DNA from: Euglena gracilis
Lineage: Eukaryota
Reading direction: 5' to 3'
DNA: 64,000 nucleotides
Assembly: GCA_039621445.1 (NCBI GenBank)
Contig: CP154954.1
Coordinates: forward strand, 9,364,634 to 9,428,633
Shown here: positions 34,833 through 64,000 of the stretch, one piece after another
Layout of the letters: every line of letters begins with the position of its first letter
Position numbering within the stretch: the stretch's first letter is position 1
Made by a program: the position numbers and the translations under genes
Notes under the pieces: generated by a model
Database searches by the model: none
What the model saw: the letters and a program-made list of their open reading frames with translations, nothing else
What the model was told of the DNA's origin: nothing

Positions 34833-37396
34833 TCGCTGAGCTCTTATCTCTTTAGAGTAAGAGCGAAGCTGACCACCCCGGTTTGGGGCCCCCCCTGACC
34901 CCCCCGCCCCCCCCCCCTGAGTAGGCAGGGAGGCCTGAGGATTATCATTGTGACCAAATTTCCGGGTCCCCAAAATGAATATCCTACAGGTTAGGAGACG
35001 GTCCCAGGTTGCTCAAGCACCCCCGCAATAGCCCCAACTCCCCGCCAGTTCAGAGATCGGGCGCGAGCAAAAAAGTTGCGTACCGTTTTTTTTTTCGGGG
35101 AAATTGCAGGTTTTTGGGGGGTCCAAAAATCGAAAAATTCAAAATATCTCGAAAACGCCGCGGAGTTGAGGAAAAGTGATGCAGACCTTATTTGACGATG
35201 TTGGAACGCCCGATCGATCGGTATGCGCGGTTTGGGCCGACTCCTCGCCTAGCCCGAGATACGGCCGTTTTGTGGTTTTGGGCCAGTTGGTCCAGTTTTG
35301 GCTATTTCGGGCCCATTCGGGGCCCGAAAACGTAATTTGCCCATATCTCGGGCTACACGAGGAGTTGGAACCCAAACCAGGGGGTCAATCATTAGGTTAA
35401 CCGTTTTTTTTTTTTTTTGGTTCCCGGGGTCTGGTTGTGCGATTTTGGGCCAGTTTTGGGTATTCGGGGACCCCGGCGGGGGTTCGAGGGCGGCCGGGCT
35501 GGGGTCCAAAAATCGAAAAATTCAAAATATCTCGAAAACGCTGCGGAGTTGAGGAAAAGTGATGACGACCTCATTTGACGACCTTGGAACGCCCTATCGA
35601 TCGGTATGCGCGGTTTGGGACAACTCCTCGCCTAGCCCGAGATAGGGCCGTTTTGGGGGTTTTGGGCCAGTTTTGCCAGTTCTGGCCATTTCGGGGCCCA
35701 AAACCGTAAATTGGCCGTATCTCGGGCTAGACGAGGAGTTGGGACCCAGACCAGGGGGTCAATCATTAGATTTAGGGGGGGGTTTTGACCGTTTTTGGGG
35801 GTTCCCGGGGTCTGGTTGTGCGATTTTGGCCCAGTTTTGGGTACTCGGGGACCCCACCGGGCGCCGTGAGGGCGGCTGGGCGAGGGGGGGTCGGGTGGCA
35901 GGTCGGGACCCAAAAATTTGAAAAAAATTTTTCGCTCAAAAACACTTGTTTTGACTTCAGAACATCAAAAAAAGTGTTTTTGAGCGGAAAAAAATTTTCC
36001 GACCCGGACCCCCCCCCCCCGCCCCATGGCTGGGGCCCGCCCCACTGGCCGGTGGACTGAGCCATTTTTGGGTCAAAAAGTCAAAAAAATTCAAAAAAGC
36101 CGTTTTTGCGGACGGGGGCGGACTCGGCGGCTCTGGGGGGACGGGTTCCGGAGTTTGTAGCTTTCTGATTGGTGTTTTTTTTCTTTTTTTTTTTTTTTTT
36201 TGGGTCAAACCGGGCGGCCAAAAAAGTCGAAAAAAATCGAAAAAATTTTTTTTTTGCCCCAAAAAAAAATAAGGGGGGGGGTGGAAAGCCAACTCGTACG
36301 GACAATCAGAGTTATAGAACACAGCTAGGAAGACGAAAGCTCCATCTCAGATCAAAATTCATAATATAAAATTATAAAATCAAAGGTATTTTTGGGTCGA
36401 AAATGAGCGTTTTTCTACCGCCAGCGCCCCGTTTTGGGCCGCCAACCCATTGACTTTGGGTCGAAACCGGGTCAAAAAAGTCGAAAAAAATCGAAAATCT
36501 TCTGTTTCCCAAAATGATGTTTTTTGGCCTCCCTGACCCGGAAAAACTGTTTTTGAGCCGAAAATGAGCGTTTTTCGCGGGCCGGGCCGGGGTGGTCTCC
36601 CAAAGAGCTCAGCTCTACGTCACACCCTGGTCGCTGAGCTCTTATCTCTTTAGAGTAAGAGCGAAGCTTACCACCCCGGTTTGGGACCCCCCCCCCCCCC
36701 CCGCCCCCCCCCCCGCCCCCCCCCCCCCCCTTGAGTAGGCAGGGAGGCCTGAGGATTATCGTTGTGACCAAATTTCCGGGTCCCCAAAATGAATATCCTA
36801 CAGGACGGTCCCAGGTTGCTCAAGCACCCCCGCAATAGCCCCAACTCCCCGCCAGTTCGGAGATCGGGCGCGAGCAAAAAAGTTGCGTACCGTTTTTTTT
36901 TCCGGGGAAATTGCAGGTTTTTGGGGGGTCAAAAAATCGAAAAATTCAAAATATCTCGAAAATGCTGCAGAGTTGAGGAAAAGTGATGGCGACTTTATTT
37001 GACGACGTTGGAACGCCCGATCGATCGGTATGCGCGGTTTGGGCCGACTCCTCGCCTAGCCCGAGATACGGCCATTTTGTGGTTTTGGGCCAGTTTGGCC
37101 AGTTTTGGCCATTTTGGGCCCATTCGGGGCCCGAAACCGTAATTTGCCCATATCTCGGGCTAGACGAGGAGTTGGAACCCAAACCAGGGGGTCAATCATT
37201 AGGTTTAGGGGGGGGGGTTGACCGTTTTTTGGGGTTCCCGGGGTCTGGTTGTGCGATTTTGGGCCAGTTTTGGGTATTCGGGGACCCCGGCGGGGGTTCG
37301 AGGGCGGCCGGGCTGGGGTCCAAAAATCGAAAAATTCAAAATATCTCGAAAACGCTGCGGAGTTGAGGAAAAGTGATGACGACCTCATTTGACGAC
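34833..37396 (+). mobile_element. Inverted right arm of the same Helitron-like array
   Basis: Starts exactly at TCGCTGAGCTCTTATC (34833); CTGG|TC junction at 36630/36631; second unit truncated near 37396. Confidence 0.72.
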
Positions 37397-37529
37397 ATTG
37401 AGGTGGGGGTTCCGGCCAGGGCCAACCAGGGCAGACCAGGGTCGACCAGGGCCAACGAGGGCCGACTTTGCCATTTGTCAGCCGATGCCCACAGGAAATG
37501 GTGGTCAAGGTCTTCCCTGGCTTGCGTTG

Positions 37530-37990
37530 TTTTGGCCATCATTGCCGCCGTTACCAATTTCCCCCCAATTTTTGCCCCACTTTTGCCCATTTTTTGCCAC
37601 TTTTGGTCCACTTTTGCCTGTTTTTCTGTTTATTTCGACACGTTCAAGCAAAAGGTGACCAAGTCAAAAGAAGGATGTGACCAAAAGGGACCAAAGAGCA
37701 GTCAAAAATGACCAGAAGTCACCAAACAATCAACAGAAGCGGCCTCAAGTGGGCAAAAGTGGCCAAAAAGGAGCAGAAGGAGCCTCAAGTGGGCAAAAAT
37801 GGCCAAAAAAAAGGTGAAGAAAACCGTCTGAAGCAGTAAAAGGTGGCCAAAACTTGGCAAAAGTGGCCAAAGCACTCAAAAGCATCAAAGAGCAGTCAGC
37901 AGTCAACAATGTTGGCCAAATGAATCAAAAAAGTCAGCAAAAGTGGCCAGAAGCAGTCAAAAGCATAAAAGGAACGGCCAAAAGTCGGTG
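37530..37990. repeat. Foldback of degenerate TTTTGGCCA / TGGCCAAAA units
   Basis: T-rich half followed by a complementary A-rich half; similar to 44630-45310. Confidence 0.6.
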
Positions 37991-38167
37991 TCCGAAAGCG
38001 GTCAATGCATTATGTATGTGCTCTGTGCACGTGAGCTGTGGTGCGTGCGTGTGAGGCGCTCCTGTGCACTTTCAATAATAATTGTGTAAACGTTGCAACT
38101 GTTGTCAAATGAACCAAGTGTTGCGCCCAATTGTTGTTAACAACAATTGGGCTCTGGACAAAATTTC

Positions 38168-60210
<22,043 letters not shown>

Positions 60211-60997
60211 CTATCCTTTCCTCTTCTGAGTTTAAGTTTGGGATTTTTTGAGACATTCTTGCCGAAAAAACGCCCTGAAACACAAACTGTCAAAATGTCG
60301 TCTGTTCGTCCCAGCACTTTGCGTCAGAAAAAGAATACAAACATGACCCCCTCCCCTCTTGTTGGGCTGCGGGTGTCATAAAATATGCATGAAAGCGCTT
60401 GAAAATAAAAAGCTGCTTCATCCATCCGAGAGGAAACAAAGCATAACAAGAATCCCTCCTGTGCTGTTCAGATGGAACCACAGACAGAGTGCTGGGAGAA
60501 AAGTACTAAGCTTGAAGGGGGACATTGCACACAGCACACACACGAAACCCTGCAGTACTCGCAATCTTCCATGTGCCAGGCACCCCACTATGCGTGCCAA
60601 ATTGTAACTAAAAAATGAAATGAAGGGTGTGAAATGAAGAGTTATGTCCAAGTTCAGAAGATTCAGCACATGCACAAACCATTCAGACAGGAGAAAAACT
60701 TGTGGTTCAAAATGTGCACACCAATTAATCAGAAGGAAAAAAACAAAAAATTCAAAATGGTAATGAAGGTGCTTCACGGAAATGGATGCAGGAAGGATTG
60801 CCCCTTTTGGAAGAGAATTAAAAATTCAATCAGGAAATTTTCTTTAGGACAAGGGGGTTCCCAAGGGGACCCCCCCCCCTATCCCAATTGGGCTTCTTTT
60901 TTATGGAAGGTTGCACCCTCTGGGGGGGGGGGGGTGCTATGGGCAGGCAGGGGGATAGGCACTTTCAACTCCACGGGGGGTGGGGGATTTGGCTGGA

Positions 60998-61362
60998 TAA
61001 AGCCCCCACTTTTAAACCCCCCACCACTTTTCAACCCCTCGGGCCGACCAACCAAACCTTGACTTATAAACCACCCCCTGGGGAAGAAGAATGAAAGTCG
61101 CCGGGGGACGATTTTTTCGCTGCAAACCACCCAAAAACTGATATTTGGCAATTTTTTGAGACCGACTATCATCAAAATTGCCACATTTGCAAAAAGCCAA
61201 TTTGCCAATTTGGGGGGTTTCGGGGTCATTTTGGGGGGGTCGGATTTTCACCAACAATTCCATGACCTATTACCCCCCCCCACTTATAAACCTCCCCCTG
61301 AAGCTGACCAACCAAACCAGATTCTATAAACCCAGGGGGCTTATAAATGGGGGGGGGGGTTA
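60998..61362 (+). mobile_element. TA-flanked MITE, sister copy of 63198-63551
   Basis: Shares CCCTCGGGCCGACCAACCAAACC, GGGGACGATTTTTT and CACCAACAATTCC blocks in the same order; a decayed copy lies at ~930-1100. Confidence 0.75.
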
Positions 61363-61912
61363 GTGCTATAGCACGCCCCCCGGCGCCGAAGGCGCCGGGG
61401 GCCGAAAATGGCTAAAGGAAAATTGGCTAGGTGGGCAGGCAACAGGGTCCAAAACTGACCCCCCCCCCAGGGAGGGTGCCTGCTATGGCAGGCACCCCAT
61501 AGCACCAGGCACCCACTCCCCCCCGGGGTTGGTAAAGAAGGCCGTTCCAATTTTGGGGGTCAATTTTGGTGTCAAATTTATGTGAAATTTTTCTGGGGGT
61601 TTCGGCCTGACCCCCCCCCCGAGGGTGTCTGGTGGACTGTGGGGTCCGATGACCCACCCCACTCACCCCTCTGGGTCCGACCTCTGAAAAAAAAAAACAC
61701 CTGCCTTCAATATACACAATGTTTACAAAAAAACAAGATGCATGAAGACGGTTTGCAGAAAAATGACGCGGGATGGGAATCCATTGCAACCACGGTTTGT
61801 GAGGCGCCAACCACTAAAACACATGAGGAATTTGTGCCATCTGCCTGCTGTGAGCAGGTAACAAAAGGTAAGGGGCAGGGCTCGCAGCCAGAATTTGAGA
61901 ACATGGACAAAG

Positions 61913-62778
61913 TACCTCCCCCCCCCCTTGTCCAATGACCGGCCTTGTCCAAAGACCACCCCCCCCCGGTCAGTAACGATCTTTTTCCAGGTGATCTTTA
62001 TTTTCCAGACGTTCGCGTTCTTACCTGCAGCCTGTTCTTACATCGTTCATGGCAGATTTTGTACGGAGTTAGCCAGCACATACGGGAACCTATGTTTCGT
62101 GCCTTGTTGATTGCCACACGTTTCTCCCTCTTTTCATCATGAGTCTGAGAGTTGTGGCCATGTCAGGCTAAGGAAACTTTTTTCTTCACTTTGGGGCGAA
62201 GCGGGAAAAAAAATTTTGACCCCGGTCTTGTCTAACGACCACCCCCCTCCCCGGTCAGTAGCGACATTTGCCCAAAATAGCGACCACCCCCCAGTCAGTA
62301 GCGATATTTAGTGGTCGCTGGACAAGGGAGGTAAGGGAAATACTCCAGTTCTTTTGGTTTGTTTGGGTCAATTATGTAACCTTTATGTACCCCCCCCTTG
62401 TCTAAGCTCCGGAAAAGATGGGTAAGAACCGGGGGGGGGGGGTGCTTATTTTGCTAAAATATGGGTAAGAACCAGGGGGGTGGTGCGGGGAAAAAATTGA
62501 CCGCAAAAAAAAATCCGGCGTTTCGCGCCAAAAAGCAAAAATTCCCCTTATTTTGGAGGTCCACTGTTGAACTTACACACATTTGGATGCAGAAATCGAC
62601 AATACCTCACCAAATTAGGTGTCAAAAGTTGCTGAAATTTCGAAATTTTTGAGAAATTTCCCTCAAAAATGCACACAAAAAATAAACCTCCCCGTGACGA
62701 TGACCTTTAAAAAGATGGGTAAGAACCGGGGGGGGGGTGCTTAGACAAGGGTGGTGCTTAGACAAGGGGGGGGAGGTA
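61913..62778. mobile_element. Two adjacent TA-flanked MITEs (~61913-62333 and ~62388-62778)
   Basis: Both begin TACC(n)TTGTC and end GACAAGGG..GGTA. Confidence 0.68.
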
Positions 62779-63197
62779 CATGCAGAAAAAACACACACGC
62801 ATTCTTCTGTGTAGACTTGCTCATTGGATCAATGAAATACACACCGAACACGTTGTGCTTCTCCACAACGATTCACAGACACACAAATAAGTCCTACCCG
62901 CACCCCCCTTGTGCACCGACCGGGTAGACACACATTTCGGTCCGTCGATAGTGGCAGAGTTCTGGAGAGTCTTTTTTGTCACAATCATTGTCTAATTTAA
63001 CTGCGTATCACATTGTCCAAATGGTGGAAATTCGGTCGCCTTCAAACAGGTATGCATCACCTGGTGCTTACAGGCAGCACGGACGCACCAAAACCCACAG
63101 TCATAAAAGCCAGGGTGTACAACCCACCTGTCCGTCTGTTGCTCCAGACGTCCCAGACAGCTCATTAGGATGATAATTTGTAACCTTCATGTTTCCT

Positions 63198-63551
63198 TAA
63201 ACCCCCCCTCCCACTTACAAACACCCCCCCCCTCGGGCCGACCAACCAAACCGGGACCTATAACCCCCCCCCCCCCGGGGAAGAAAAACAAAGCCGTCGG
63301 GGACGATTTTTTTCGGCCACAAACCACCCAAACGCTGATTTTTTGGCAATTTTTTGAGACCGACCATCAACAAAATGCCATTTTTGACGAAACTTGCCAA
63401 AAATTGCCAATTTCGGGGTTCAGGGTCATTTTGGGGGGTCGGATCTTCACCAACAATTCCGGGACCTATAAACCCCCCCCCCTTCGGCCAACCAACCAAA
63501 CCAGATCCATTAAACCCCGGGGGGTTTATAAGTGGGAGGGGGGGGGGGTTA
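63198..63551 (+). mobile_element. TA-flanked MITE
   Basis: TAAACCCCCCCTCCCACTTA ... TAAGTGGGAGGG(n)TTA terminal inverted repeats. Confidence 0.8.
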
Positions 63552-63557
63552 CATGTG

Positions 63558-64000
<443 letters not shown>

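Noticed and set aside
14027-37396. Dozens of recurring 60-320 aa ORFs in the array; possible CRISPR or rDNA-spacer reading
   Set aside because: No recognisable domain and frames are not conserved between units. Sequences between hairpins are homologous, not unique spacers, and no cas or rRNA sequence is visible.
62024-62090. AG...CAG|GTAAG-bounded candidate exon on the minus strand
   Set aside because: One frame is open, but it lies within a MITE and cannot be linked to gene 2.

Overview
Repeat-rich eukaryotic DNA, most likely from a euglenid (inferred from intron type, not from a database match). It holds two convergent multi-exon genes. Gene 1 (+ strand, 1985-11200, 11 exons, 278 aa reconstructed by hand) is an atypical SDR / NAD(P)-binding Rossmann protein. 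Gene 2 (- strand, about 38.2-60.2 kb, probably 5'-partial) is a large protein ending in two tandem VASt (StART-like) domains. Most introns I could resolve are non-GT-AG nonconventional introns of the form N3-CAG...CTG-N5 with base-paired ends. Several are visibly TIR elements flanked by 8-bp direct repeats, and 3+5=8, so splicing removes the element plus exactly one target-site duplication. This points to hAT-like MITEs acting as intron generators. Between the genes lies a ~23 kb array (14027-37400) of ~1.2 kb units joined head-to-tail at precise CTGG|TC junctions, with asymmetric inverted repeats and a covarying 5' hairpin, consistent with a non-autonomous Helitron2/Helentron-like element, arranged as two oppositely oriented arms. 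TA-flanked MITEs, foldbacks and strand-biased microsatellites fill the introns. Nearly all ORFs in the supplied track are spurious. All splice junctions are predictions without RNA data.
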